A stretch of 64,000 nucleotides of DNA from an uncultured Nitrososphaerales archaeon (GTDB taxonomy: Archaea; Thermoproteota; Nitrososphaeria; Nitrososphaerales; Gagatemarchaeaceae), in assembly GCA_963706445.1 (NCBI GenBank), contig OY970160.1:1503438-1567437 (forward strand). The letters run 5' to 3'. A program made the position numbers and the translations under genes. The notes beneath the pieces are model-generated. The model saw only the letters and a list, made by a program, of their open reading frames with translations, was not told where the DNA came from and did not search any database. Of this stretch, positions 44,677 through 53,810 are shown piece by piece (within the stretch, counting starts at the first letter, position 1; every line of letters starts with the position of its first letter).

Positions 44677-45117
44677 GTGATGATGCAAGGGGAGATGTCC
44701 AGCGGTGCAACCGGGTACGCGACCAGGCTCTTCGGTATGATCCTCGGGTTCGCCGGCGCCCTCCTCGACTTCTACTCGGGGTACCTGCTCCTGACCCACT
44801 CTGGCATGGAGGAACCTGGCATGGGCGTAATCACCGGGAACAGTGCGTCTGGGTCCGTCTGGGGGGTAGGCATCGTCGCGCTGGGAGCGGTTCTGGCCGT
44901 CACGGCCCTGGCGACCTTATGGTCAAAGGGAACGGAGATGAGGGATATGGGCGCCCTCATGCTGGTGTACGGGGCCGCGATGCTCTTAATCGGCGCTTCG
45001 ATGTACGCGGGGATCACTTCGATGGCTCAGGGCTCTCTCTTTCCCGCATCAGGAATGTTCTTGGTCGGGGCGCTGATGATCGCCAACGGCGCGATGATGT
45101 GGAGGTCGATGATGTAG
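44677..45117 (+). CDS. Integral membrane protein
   Basis: 146 aa, Gly/Ala/Met-rich TM helices. Confidence 0.45.
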   Translation: MMMQGEMSSGATGYATRLFGMILGFAGALLDFYSGYLLLTHSGMEEPGMGVITGNSASGSVWGVGIVALGAVLAVTALATLWSKGTEMRDMGALMLVYGAAMLLIGASMYAGITSMAQGSLFPASGMFLVGALMIANGAMMWRSMM

Positions 45118-45205
45118 GTGGGTTGGCCGTTTTATCGAGATCAGGTCTAGCGATGGGGAAGGATGCCCAGAAGACTAAAGAGGTCCGAACCCTCGACAGA
45201 GTTCC

Positions 45206-45697
45206 ATGACCGTCGACTTCGCCATGCGCAAGGTCCCTGAATACAGGGTTGCCACCCGGACGCTGACGGGGGCGTGGCCGGGAGACAAGGCGCTCCGCGC
45301 CGAGTTTGAGAAGGTGCAGGCCTGGGCCAAGGAGAAGGGGCTCCGGACGGGGAAGTGGTTCTTCAGGGAGTTCGGGGACGACGAGACGCCCGATGAGAAG
45401 TGGCGATGGGAGATGGGGGTGGAGATCCGGGGCAAGGGAGCTGTCCGAGGCGGGAAGGGGATCGTGTTGAAGACTTGGCCGCCCTCCACAGTCGCGACCG
45501 TGACCTTCGACCCGGACAAGATCTCGCCGAGGGTAATCTACCACGGCCTGACGGACTACCTGAAGGAGCGCGCGAAGGCGGGGGAGTACAAAGAGTCAGG
45601 GCCCTACAGGGAGGTCTACCTGAGAGATCCGTGGGGCAGCAAGAAGGCGTGGGCGAACACCCAGATCCAGGTTCCCGTCCAGCGGCTCAAGGGCTGA
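45206..45697 (+). CDS. GyrI-like small-molecule-binding domain protein
   Basis: About 160 aa with duplicated beta-alpha-beta-beta pattern and ..REVYL.DP.. near the C-terminus. Confidence 0.5.
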   Translation: MTVDFAMRKVPEYRVATRTLTGAWPGDKALRAEFEKVQAWAKEKGLRTGKWFFREFGDDETPDEKWRWEMGVEIRGKGAVRGGKGIVLKTWPPSTVATVTFDPDKISPRVIYHGLTDYLKERAKAGEYKESGPYREVYLRDPWGSKKAWANTQIQVPVQRLKG

Positions 45698-45785
45698 GCT
45701 CGGCCGCCCTATGCTCGGCTGACGAAGTTTGTTTTGTTTAGCGGGAGCTCTATTAGAGAGCAAATCAAACAAGGTTCGCAGTAGC

Positions 45786-46115
45786 ATGCCAACATATGGT
45801 CCTGGAGAAACACTCGTCTGGTCAGGAGAGATGAGTTACGATGACAAGTACCCCGGAACGCTTTACGTAACAAATAGACGCTTATTCTTTGAGTATGAGA
45901 GAGGGATGCTCAAGAAGAAAGGATACGCCACAGCAGAGACTCCTTTGGAGGATATAACGAAGGTGTCCATCGAAAAGGGTCCTTGGAACTGGAACGTGTT
46001 GGTCATTGCAGCGAAAGACAGGAGACACAAATTCGTGTTCGAGGGAGAGCACCCCGAAGCGTTGATGGACAAAATAAGGGAGATAATTGCTGGGCACGAT
46101 TCCGAACGACGATAG
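45786..46115 (+). CDS. Bacterial PH/GRAM-like domain protein
   Basis: GETLVWSGEM..PGTLYVTNRRLFFEY fits the pattern. Start set at ATG 45786. Confidence 0.5.
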   Translation: MPTYGPGETLVWSGEMSYDDKYPGTLYVTNRRLFFEYERGMLKKKGYATAETPLEDITKVSIEKGPWNWNVLVIAAKDRRHKFVFEGEHPEALMDKIREIIAGHDSERR

Positions 46116-46276
46116 ACGGTTGTCCAGTGACGTTGCCCAAGAAAGATGTGAACGAAAATGGGACCCGAAACAAAAACGTGTCGAAACCCACCGGGCCCGC
46201 TACCAACGCCTTGACACCCTAGTCAAGACTCGGAGGGCAAACCGGGCCAGACAGCGAGCGCTGATTCAGAAGACGG

Positions 46277-47089
46277 ATGCAATCGTTTAAGCCGAGCAAT
46301 CACCTGCGACGCCTGATGCCATTCGGTGCTGTATGCACCACGTGCGGGTGCGCTGAAACATCGTGCGAGAACTGTGTGACCCCCAGCGAATGCACCAACT
46401 GCGCTTCCTGTTGCTGTTCGCCGACTCACGTGGCATGGCGATTGGGGAGGATTCGCCAAGGCGTCGTGTGGGAATACTTCAGCCTCGGATGGATGGCTGT
46501 CGAGGTCGTGGGTTCAATCGGAATTGGGTTGCTTTCGGGCAGTCTTGCGCTGCTTGCCTTCGGGAGCGACAGTCTCATCGAAATCATGTCTGGGCTGGCC
46601 GTGACGCTCCATCTAAGGAGCGATTCGACTGGTTCAAACGGCCTCGGTGAGAGGACCGAGAGGTTGACCAAGTTCCTCCTCGTCTCCCTTGTTCCCATAA
46701 TCGGAGGAGGCGCACTATACTCCTACTTCGCTGGATTCAAGCCCGAGTCTTCCCCGCTGGGTATCGCCGTCGCCCTTGGAGCAGTCATAATCATGCCAGT
46801 CCTCTGGATTCAGAAAAGGAAGATCGGCAGAGAGACGAATTGTGCGCCTCTTTCAATGGATGCAGTCCAGTCAGCCACTTGTTTCCTGATGTCCATCGCC
46901 CTACTCGGAGGTCTGCTCGTCAACTACATTTTTGGAATTGGTTGGGCGGATTACGTTGCAGCGGGTGTCATTCTCGCATTCGTTGCTAAGGAAAGCGTGG
47001 AGGCGTTCAATCCCACCAAAATCGCTGGTTCAACTCCGACCAAAACGCCGTATCCCCCCAGACCCCCTTCCCTAAATCAGACAGCCTAG
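46277..47089 (+). CDS. Membrane protein, cation-efflux-like, with Cys-rich N-terminus
   Basis: The N-terminus holds many Cys (CTTCGC..CENC..CTNCASCCC). TM helices with ..AFGSDSLIEIMSG.. are reminiscent of the cation diffusion facilitator TM2. It sits next to the MntR/MntH genes. Confidence 0.4.
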   Translation: MQSFKPSNHLRRLMPFGAVCTTCGCAETSCENCVTPSECTNCASCCCSPTHVAWRLGRIRQGVVWEYFSLGWMAVEVVGSIGIGLLSGSLALLAFGSDSLIEIMSGLAVTLHLRSDSTGSNGLGERTERLTKFLLVSLVPIIGGGALYSYFAGFKPESSPLGIAVALGAVIIMPVLWIQKRKIGRETNCAPLSMDAVQSATCFLMSIALLGGLLVNYIFGIGWADYVAAGVILAFVAKESVEAFNPTKIAGSTPTKTPYPPRPPSLNQTA

Positions 47090-47305
47090 GCACCTTAGTT
47101 AGAACTAGCTAGTAAGAACTAGGTTACTTGATCAGTTTTGGACAAAGACAGCCGGTCGGTTGGCTGCTCTCAAAACTTAATTGTCCAAGTGCATCCCTCC
47201 GGGCCCGCTTTTCCAAGCGGCGGGTCCCTTTCGGCCCAACATTTGCGCCTCCTTACATGATTACCTGTGAGCACAGGAGACCGTCGCACCGTCGTGGCTG
47301 GAGTT

Positions 47306-47779
47306 TTATTTTTCCATGTTTTCTCGTATTGTGCGCAGCAGCTTCGGATCTTTCCGGAGAAAATCGACCAGTCCCCTTATCCTCTTGATGGTTGTGGGTT
47401 GAAGGTGATGTTCTATCCCTTCCGTGTCTTGGTAGGCTACCTTATCTTCCACACCGAGCATCAAGAGTAATTCTGAGATTATGCTGTGTCTCGCTATCAC
47501 GGACTTTCCGACCTTCTCGCCCTTTTCGGTTAACCTGATGCCTCTGTACCGCTCGTGCACTAGGTAATCCCTTGCTGCAAGTCTTTGCAGCATGCTCGAC
47601 ACCGTGGGGGACTTGACTCCGAGCTTCTCTGCGATTTCGACGGTACTCGCGTAGCCCTTATCGTGGGTCAGATGGTAGATTACCTCAAGATAGTCTTCCA
47701 GCCTTGTCATCTCTTCTTGCTGCTCTATCTGGGCCGCTCTTGCCAAGCCATTCCCGCCTCCGCAGATGCAGGCCATCAT
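47306..47779 (-). CDS. mntR: DtxR/MntR-family metal-dependent transcriptional regulator (start may be Met at 47710)
   Basis: MTRLEDYLEVIYHL..GYASTVEIAEKLGVKSPTVSSMLQRLAARDYLVHERYRGIRLTEKGEKV. Confidence 0.8.
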   Translation of the reverse strand: MMACICGGGNGLARAAQIEQQEEMTRLEDYLEVIYHLTHDKGYASTVEIAEKLGVKSPTVSSMLQRLAARDYLVHERYRGIRLTEKGEKVGKSVIARHSIISELLLMLGVEDKVAYQDTEGIEHHLQPTTIKRIRGLVDFLRKDPKLLRTIRENMEK

Positions 47780-47840
47780 TCATTAAAAAGGTTCTCGAAT
47801 AGCTAGGCGGGTCTATAGAATGATGAACCAGATAACTATG

Positions 47841-47854
47841 TTAGATTCACCTAA
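47841..47854 (+). promoter_or_regulatory. Candidate MntR operator (imperfect palindrome) next to a TATA-like box
   Basis: TTAGATTCACCTAA: the half-sites TTAGATT and TTAGGTG match at 5/7 positions. TTTAAAATA follows at 47856-47864, about 30 nt before the mntH start. Confidence 0.3.
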
Positions 47855-47893
47855 GTTTAAAATACACTCGATTTGTCCCTAGTTGATTAGGGA

Positions 47894-49213
47894 GTGAATG
47901 GAGCCTCGGATAGAAGCCTCAGACCGCCTGAACAAGTGCAGAAACCTGAGGTGACGGAGCAACAAAAGAACAGCCCTCACATCTCCCTCCGTGACTTCTT
48001 CACATATCTGGGCCCGACCCTGATAGTGAGCCTAGCATACATTGACCCCGGGAACTTCGGGACGGACATAGCAGGGGGCTCCCAGTTCAACTACGCTCTG
48101 ATCTGGTCTGTCTGGATGGCCAGCGTCTTCGCAATGGTGCTCCAGTACCTGTCGGGGAAGCTCGGGATTGCGACGGGAAACAGCCTTGCTCAGCTACTCC
48201 GTGGCTCGCTGAAGACCAGAAGTCGCATCATCCCATACTGGTTTGCGGGTGAAATCGCCATAGCGGCGACGGATCTGGCCGAGTATCTCGGAACAGTCAT
48301 CGCGCTGAACATCCTCTTCGGGATTCCCCTTCTCTACGCGAGCATCTTCGGAGCGTTGGACGTCATCATCCTCCTGGCGCTGACGAGCAACCGCTTCCGC
48401 GTCGTCGAGTACTTCTTCATGCTCTTCGTTTCGGTGATAGCCACAGGATTCCTCTATGAGATCCTGAGGGTCGGGCCGAATCTCGGCCAGTTTGTCATTG
48501 GCTCAGTCTCGCCATCCATATCCGGCGGCACAGTCCTCGTTGTAGTAGGGATAGTCGGCGCCACGGTAATGCCTCACGTCCTCTGGCTCCACTCTTCATT
48601 GACATCGGAGAAGCTGGGCAGGTGGGGAATCAAAGAGAACGAGCCCCTCCCGAAGAAGAAGCTGCTCGGGCTTCATCTGCGGGAGAACGTCGTCATCCTA
48701 ACGATTGCTGGTGCCGTCAACGTGGCGATTCTCGTAATGGCCGCAGCCGCTTTCTATGGCCACGGATATACCAGCATCTCGCAGATACAGGACGCATACG
48801 ACGTGCTGATACCTCTGTTCGGTTCTCTCGCCGCAATAGTCTTCGCGATAACCCTTCTTTGCTCTGGGATCGCCTCATCGGTAGTCGGGACCTTGGCGGG
48901 GCAGGAACTGATGACCTCTCTACTTGGAATCAAGATAAACCCGTACCTGCGGAGAATTATCACTCGGGGCATCAACGTTTTTCCTACCACGGCCTGCATT
49001 CTCCTGGGATTTAGTCCGCTGGCGCTGCTCTTCTACAGCCAGGTCTTCCTGAGTTTATTGATCCCTCTCCCCATGATCCCCTTGATATGGTACACAAGCA
49101 AGAGGAAAATAATGGGTTCGTACGTGAACCGTCGTCCGACGATTATCCTGGCGCTGGCCGTCGGAGGCGCCATAGTAGCACTGAACATTGCCCTGATCTA
49201 CACTAACATATGA
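47894..49213 (+). CDS. mntH: NRAMP-family divalent metal (Mn2+/Fe2+) transporter
   Basis: ..LGPTLIVSLAYIDPGNFGTDIAGGSQFNY.. (DPGN motif), ..VMPHVLWLHSS.., 11-12 TM segments. Confidence 0.85.
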   Translation: MNGASDRSLRPPEQVQKPEVTEQQKNSPHISLRDFFTYLGPTLIVSLAYIDPGNFGTDIAGGSQFNYALIWSVWMASVFAMVLQYLSGKLGIATGNSLAQLLRGSLKTRSRIIPYWFAGEIAIAATDLAEYLGTVIALNILFGIPLLYASIFGALDVIILLALTSNRFRVVEYFFMLFVSVIATGFLYEILRVGPNLGQFVIGSVSPSISGGTVLVVVGIVGATVMPHVLWLHSSLTSEKLGRWGIKENEPLPKKKLLGLHLRENVVILTIAGAVNVAILVMAAAAFYGHGYTSISQIQDAYDVLIPLFGSLAAIVFAITLLCSGIASSVVGTLAGQELMTSLLGIKINPYLRRIITRGINVFPTTACILLGFSPLALLFYSQVFLSLLIPLPMIPLIWYTSKRKIMGSYVNRRPTIILALAVGGAIVALNIALIYTNI

Positions 49214-49317
49214 TGAGAATCTACGAAAGGTTGAAAGTTTGAGAGGGCGAAGATACGTCAAGCATCAGACCAGTGGGATGAGTAGGCTTAAGACGCCACA
49301 GCTACTGGTCATGTCAG

Positions 49318-49605
49318 TTGAGAGCGAAGCTCATGGCTGTCGGAGGTTTCATTTTGGGTTTGGGTTATGCCTTGGTCATAGGTAGTCCTAGCATCGCCAA
49401 CCTGGTTTATGGCGACAACTCAGTCGGTGGAAGCCCTCCGATGTCCGTAAACGAAGCTTTCTCACTTTCAATTTGGCTACTTTGGGCGGGTTTTGTACTG
49501 CTTCCAGCGGGGGCGGCGGTCTTGATTTATGGGGCGGCGGCACAGAAGCCCGCGCCCGAGACTGTCTCCGCTGAGACTGGCAGCCTATCTGGCGACGCGC
49601 ATTAG
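49318..49605 (+). CDS. Small membrane protein, hypothetical
   Basis: 95 aa with three hydrophobic segments. Confidence 0.35.
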   Translation: MRAKLMAVGGFILGLGYALVIGSPSIANLVYGDNSVGGSPPMSVNEAFSLSIWLLWAGFVLLPAGAAVLIYGAAAQKPAPETVSAETGSLSGDAH

Positions 49606-49648
49606 TCGAAGAGCAAGGAAGCTTAAATCAGCAAGGCATGTCAATTGA

Positions 49649-50017
49649 ATGATGAACGACATTTCATCGGCACTAGACCTCCTGGCAGTTGTTTCAAAAG
49701 GAAAGGCGACGATAACCGTCGGAGGTCGAACCCTCGTTCGCATGGACGCCGATGAGAAGGTCCTGGAGGTGGATGCCGAAGGAGCCAAACAAGCCGGCCT
49801 TCACTTATTGGAGTTTGCCAGACAGGGCGGAGGAACCCTGGCCGCCGTCAGAGGCCCGCTGCGCATCGCGGGCGCGCTTTCCCAGAATGGGTGGAAACTA
49901 ACTGTACAATCCGAGGGTGAAAAGGTGCTCAGCATGGGGAAGGGGACGTCTAGGCTTACAGGTCGGATCAGCATGAACCCTCTGAAAGCGAGGAAGCTGA
50001 TGAAGGCGCTCGGGTAG
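49649..50017 (+). CDS. Hypothetical protein
   Basis: 122 aa ORF. No motif recognised. Confidence 0.35.
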   Translation: MMNDISSALDLLAVVSKGKATITVGGRTLVRMDADEKVLEVDAEGAKQAGLHLLEFARQGGGTLAAVRGPLRIAGALSQNGWKLTVQSEGEKVLSMGKGTSRLTGRISMNPLKARKLMKALG

Positions 50018-50030
50018 GACTCGTCCCAGC

Positions 50031-50288
50031 CTAGTTCTTCGCCATCATCGAGACGTTTCTGCTGGCTGAAGCCTTCTTCTCGTCGTCTGTCATGTCCCTG
50101 ACATGGCTTGTGACTGTCATGAGCCCGTCGAACTCGATGCTGATTCCAGTGGATGGAAACCTGACGCTCATGCCTTGGAGGTTGATGTCGACTTGGGAGT
50201 GCTTGTCTGAGAGTGCTTCCAGGAAATCAGCCACGAGGGATTTTTCGGCTCCGGCGGCGTGCCTTGATTGTGCCATACTTCCTATCAA
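50031..50288 (-). CDS. Hypothetical protein
   Basis: 85 aa ORF. No motif recognised. Confidence 0.3.
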   Translation of the reverse strand: MIGSMAQSRHAAGAEKSLVADFLEALSDKHSQVDINLQGMSVRFPSTGISIEFDGLMTVTSHVRDMTDDEKKASASRNVSMMAKN

Positions 50289-50326
50289 AGTTGGCAGATA
50301 TTTAGGGCTTGGGATTTTCGGCGTTG

Positions 50327-50677
50327 TTAAGTTGATGGGCCGTTCGCTTTGGTTGTCTTCTTCAAGACGTAGTCGAAGAAGCTCTGTGTCGTTCCATCGT
50401 CAGAAGTCCACTCAGCGCGTAACCTTGTTTTCCTCTCGACTCTCCTCGACGCGGAAAGGAGAGCGCGGTTCAGCTCCTTCGGGCTGTCACCCTCCATCTC
50501 TGCTTCGACGATGTAATCCCCTTCGGCTTCTTTGACGGAGCCCTTCACCACAGCCTGCTTGAGAACGGGTTTGACGGCCTTCGAACTGGAACTGCTGACC
50601 CTTGCCATGACTCTGAAATGTTTCTTTACCATTTGTCGCCACCTACCCCTCTTCGGCCCGACACTTAACAGGGACAA
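50327..50677 (-). CDS. Hypothetical protein
   Basis: 116 aa ORF. No motif recognised. Confidence 0.35.
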   Translation of the reverse strand: MSLLSVGPKRGRWRQMVKKHFRVMARVSSSSSKAVKPVLKQAVVKGSVKEAEGDYIVEAEMEGDSPKELNRALLSASRRVERKTRLRAEWTSDDGTTQSFFDYVLKKTTKANGPST

Positions 50678-50788
50678 AATCCTGAGGCGTGGCCCATCAA
50701 CTTGACAGAGCCGGAATTTCGCATTCCTCCTCCTGAGGCCTGAAAGGCAGGGGCAACGTTATACACGCCCGGGCGGTTTCTTCCTTTC

Positions 50789-51373
50789 TTGGAACTCTCC
50801 GACCAGGGAAGAAACCTGATCTACGTGGTGCTGGGAGGACTGGCCATAGGCACCGCCCTCGCCTTCGTGGGTGTAGATGGGACGCCTCTGACATCGCTCC
50901 TCCTTCAGGACAATGGGCGGGTGATGACGGGGTGGGTCTGGCAGTTGGCCACGTCGATCGTCGTGGCGCCACCGAACGTGCTTGGGCTAACCGACGTGGC
51001 GTTCAATGCAATGGCACTGGCCTGGCTGGATAGCCTCTTCTCTCTGACCTACAGCAGGAAGCAATACTACGCCGTCTTCCTGGCCACGGGAATCGCGGGC
51101 AACGTCCTCAGCCTGGCCAACGGCCCGGGGGTGGTCAGCTTCGGCGCATCCGGGGGCATCTTCGGACTCCTTGCGGGTGTCGTTTCCTTCGACTTCGTCA
51201 CAAACAGGAGGCTGGACCCGGGCCTCATGCTGTGGTTCGCCGCCATCTTCATCATCAGCAGCTTCCTGTTTTCCTACGTCGACTGGATTGCCCACCTAGG
51301 GGGAGCACTGTTAGGGCTGGGGCTGGGCTACGCCGCGGGACTGCGAAGAGGCGAAGATCCGTTGGCAGCATGA
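50789..51373 (+). CDS. Rhomboid-family intramembrane serine protease
   Basis: GASGGIFGL (GxSG catalytic Ser) and ..IAHLGGALLGL (catalytic His) in a 6-TM protein. Confidence 0.75.
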   Translation: MELSDQGRNLIYVVLGGLAIGTALAFVGVDGTPLTSLLLQDNGRVMTGWVWQLATSIVVAPPNVLGLTDVAFNAMALAWLDSLFSLTYSRKQYYAVFLATGIAGNVLSLANGPGVVSFGASGGIFGLLAGVVSFDFVTNRRLDPGLMLWFAAIFIISSFLFSYVDWIAHLGGALLGLGLGYAAGLRRGEDPLAA

Positions 51374-51425
51374 TGCACAACGGAACAAAAGCGGCGGACT
51401 CTTGGCCAGGCTTGGGAAGTAGCCG

Positions 51426-51640
51426 ATGGATGACATCAGGAAGTTAGAGCGCGACCTGGCACACACCATCAGGAGGCTTTACGAGAGGGGACTGGTGTCA
51501 GGGATTGGGGGAAACGCCAGCGTGCTTCTCCCTTCGAGGAAGCAGATCCTCATCACCCCTGCGGGATACTTCAAGGGAGGGGTCGCCGAAGGGGACATCG
51601 TCAAAGTGAGCGTCAACGGGGAGGTCGTCGGGCGAGGGAG
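51426..51640 (+). pseudogene. N-terminal stump of a class II aldolase/adducin-family gene
   Basis: ..RRLYERGLVSGIGGNASVLLPSRKQILITPAGYFKGGVAEGDIVKVSVNGEVVGRGRP matches only the first ~70 aa of the family. The reading then runs into antisense of another gene stump. Confidence 0.5.
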
Positions 51641-51772
51641 GCCTCCCGACGCTATGGCGAGGTCAGTCCCGCAGATCCCCGCCTTCTTCACCGCCATGGT
51701 GACCCAGCTTTTGATCTGAGGGACGGGGACGTCCCGGCACGCCAGGGCCCCGTCGAAGACCACCGCCTTCAC
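51635..51772 (-). pseudogene. N-terminal stump of a zinc-dependent (MDR) alcohol dehydrogenase gene
   Basis: MKAVVFDGALACRDVPVPQIK..VKKAGICGTDLAIASGG is the first ~45 aa of MDR dehydrogenases. The remainder is missing. Confidence 0.5.
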
Positions 51773-52012
51773 AAGAGCGGTGCGTCACTCCGGGCTATTT
51801 AGTCGGAACGCCGCCGCTCGTGGTGTTTCGCGGGCTCCGCTAGGGAGTCATGGGATTCATCGCGCCCCGCAGGGCACCAGACGAGTGGGTGACCCCGATG
51901 CTGTTATGGAGTGGCACCCAGTCGCTCATGTCGTTTCGCACTTGTGCCTCCTCTTCCTCTTGGTCGCCTCCCGCTGAAACATCTTTTAGCTGATTTCCAG
52001 GGATCCAGGCTC

Positions 52013-52513
52013 ATGCGGGTAGTCGATCTCTACGAGTATTCGTCTAGGGTCAGGCGGAGATTTGCCGACAAGCTGAGGGAACTGGAGTGGTCCGAGGTTG
52101 AAAGGAATAGGGAAGCGAGTCATTACAGCATGAAGAGTATCCTGATTCATGTCATAGACAACGAAGACTGGATAGTCAACTGGGTAATCAAGAACAAATC
52201 AAAAGAGTACAGGAGGGAGAGGAAGTCCGAACAGTACCTGAACATGAAGATGATCATGGATCACCTAGCCGAAGTAGAAGCAAGGACGAGAAACTACCTG
52301 CTAAAAGTCGACGACGCGGAACTTTCTAGGAAAGTCGACTTCGTGGTCTCGTCGGGCGAATCGTTCGAGATGACTGTCGAGGAGTCTCTTTTCCAGTCCT
52401 TTACGGAGCAGCTCTATCACATGGGAGAACTGATCGCGCTTCTCTGGCAGGACAACATCGAACCTCCCAAGATGCAGTGGTTCTATAATCGAGACGGGCT
52501 TCCCTCAGACTGA
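52013..52513 (+). CDS. DinB-family (four-helix bundle) protein
   Basis: ..ILIHVIDNEDWIVNW.. and ..QLYHMGELIALL.. His-containing helices. Start set at ATG 52013. Confidence 0.5.
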   Translation: MRVVDLYEYSSRVRRRFADKLRELEWSEVERNREASHYSMKSILIHVIDNEDWIVNWVIKNKSKEYRRERKSEQYLNMKMIMDHLAEVEARTRNYLLKVDDAELSRKVDFVVSSGESFEMTVEESLFQSFTEQLYHMGELIALLWQDNIEPPKMQWFYNRDGLPSD

Positions 52514-52856
52514 TTTCCTCTCGACTGCGTCAGATTCTGACACCCATGAGGTCACTTCCTCTTGTCGGCATCTGAAGTTTTTGCCCGAATTGAGGATTCG
52601 GTTGGCGCTCGTATCACTCAACTGGGACAACGACATTCTGTGAGGCTTTCCAAGACATCCAGTCGTCGCAGATGAACCAAGGGTTCACGCTCGTGGCATG
52701 AAGAACGCAGTAGGCGTGGCATCTGTTGTGCCTGACGTATCTGCAGCTAAGACAGGACTCAGCCGGATTCGGTTCATCCGCGCTGCTCGCCTGACTATAG
52801 TTCGGAGGCCGCGCCATGAATTCTTCCTGGATGAACCCTCACATAAGCTGGGAGTC

Positions 52857-53417
52857 CTAGGTCAAAGCCGAGGTCACGGGACCTTCAGCAGCCACCGGGC
52901 TTGTCTTCAACGGTTTGCCTGCCTCACCGAGCGCTCTGAGCAAGTCCTCGTTCTTTGGTCGGTCGGCTGCGTTCTTGCCGATGTACTTGTAACGCACAAC
53001 TCCCGCTCCGTCGATTATGAACGCTGAGGGTTTTGGGAGCTGGGTTATCCCCATGGCCCTGACCCTCTCGGAGAGGTTCGTGTCCCTTATTCCGTACAAA
53101 TCGATTGACTTGAATGAGGTATCGCTGAGAAGGACGAACGGAAGGCTCAGCTTCTGAAGAAAGTCCCTTCCCTTCTCTGCTTCTTCGCCGCTGACGGCCA
53201 CAATGGTGGCATTCAGCTCCTGGAATTTGTGATAGTCCCTCGCAATCGCTGCCAACTGTTGATTGCAGAAAGGGCACCAGCCTCCACGGTAGAAGAGAAG
53301 GAGCGCCTTCCTGCCGCCAAGGGCGCTCAGTCGCATTTCGTTTCCAGACAACCCTCGGGCCACGAAGTCGGGTGCCGACTGGCCAACGCGGACTTCGGCC
53401 ACGTCTTCATGCGCCAT
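52857..53417 (-). CDS. AhpC/TSA (redoxin) family thiol peroxidase/oxidoreductase
   Basis: ..LLFYRGGWCPFCNQQL.. active-site context in a thioredoxin fold of matching length. Confidence 0.7.
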   Translation of the reverse strand: MAHEDVAEVRVGQSAPDFVARGLSGNEMRLSALGGRKALLLFYRGGWCPFCNQQLAAIARDYHKFQELNATIVAVSGEEAEKGRDFLQKLSLPFVLLSDTSFKSIDLYGIRDTNLSERVRAMGITQLPKPSAFIIDGAGVVRYKYIGKNAADRPKNEDLLRALGEAGKPLKTSPVAAEGPVTSALT

Positions 53418-53438
53418 GGCTGAAACAGTTCGGGGCCG

Positions 53439-53675
53439 CTATATCACCATCTTCTGATGGGCTCTCTTGTCGTGGTCCATCAGTTCGGCCTGGGAGCCGA
53501 AACTCAGTCCGCAGGCGCTGCACTTGTAGGACATCGCCTGCATCTCAGGGCCCTGGCCTGGCATCGTGGCCATGGGCTTCATGTGCACCTTGGCGTGCTC
53601 CTTGAGTTCGGCCTCGGTCGAGAACTTCGCTCCGCACGTGTCGCACTTGAACTTCTTTCCGAATCCAAAGACCAT
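53439..53675 (-). CDS. Small protein with two classical C2H2 zinc fingers
   Basis: FKCDTCGAKFSTEAELKEHAKVH and YKCSACGLSFGSQAELMDHDKRAH both fit C-x2-C-x12-H-x3/4-H. Start set at Met 53675. Confidence 0.65.
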   Translation of the reverse strand: MVFGFGKKFKCDTCGAKFSTEAELKEHAKVHMKPMATMPGQGPEMQAMSYKCSACGLSFGSQAELMDHDKRAHQKMVI

Positions 53676-53726
53676 TGTGGTTCGGTTTGCGACGGAGTCC
53701 TCCGGTCTTTTACACGTTTTGCAAAA

Positions 53727-53810
53727 CCCCCCTCCTTTAGTCCTGCACAAGAAAGGAAAGCTAGAGGCCTTTTCTGCTTGATGAATGTTAGTCAGGTTTC
53801 AATTCGTGTC
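53727..53810 (+). repeat. ~85-nt intergenic repeat, copy B (partner at 40649-40733)
   Basis: CCCCCCTCCTTTAGTCCTGCACAAGAAAGGAAAGCTAGAGGCCTTTTCTGCTTGATGAATGTTAGTCAGGTTTCAATTCGTGTC. Confidence 0.7.

Noticed and set aside
44115-45209. 364-aa ORF on the plus strand
   Set aside because: It is extremely Arg-rich. It is antisense to the ArsR-type regulator at its 5' end and overlaps two convincing membrane-protein ORFs in other frames (44383..44664, 44677..45117).
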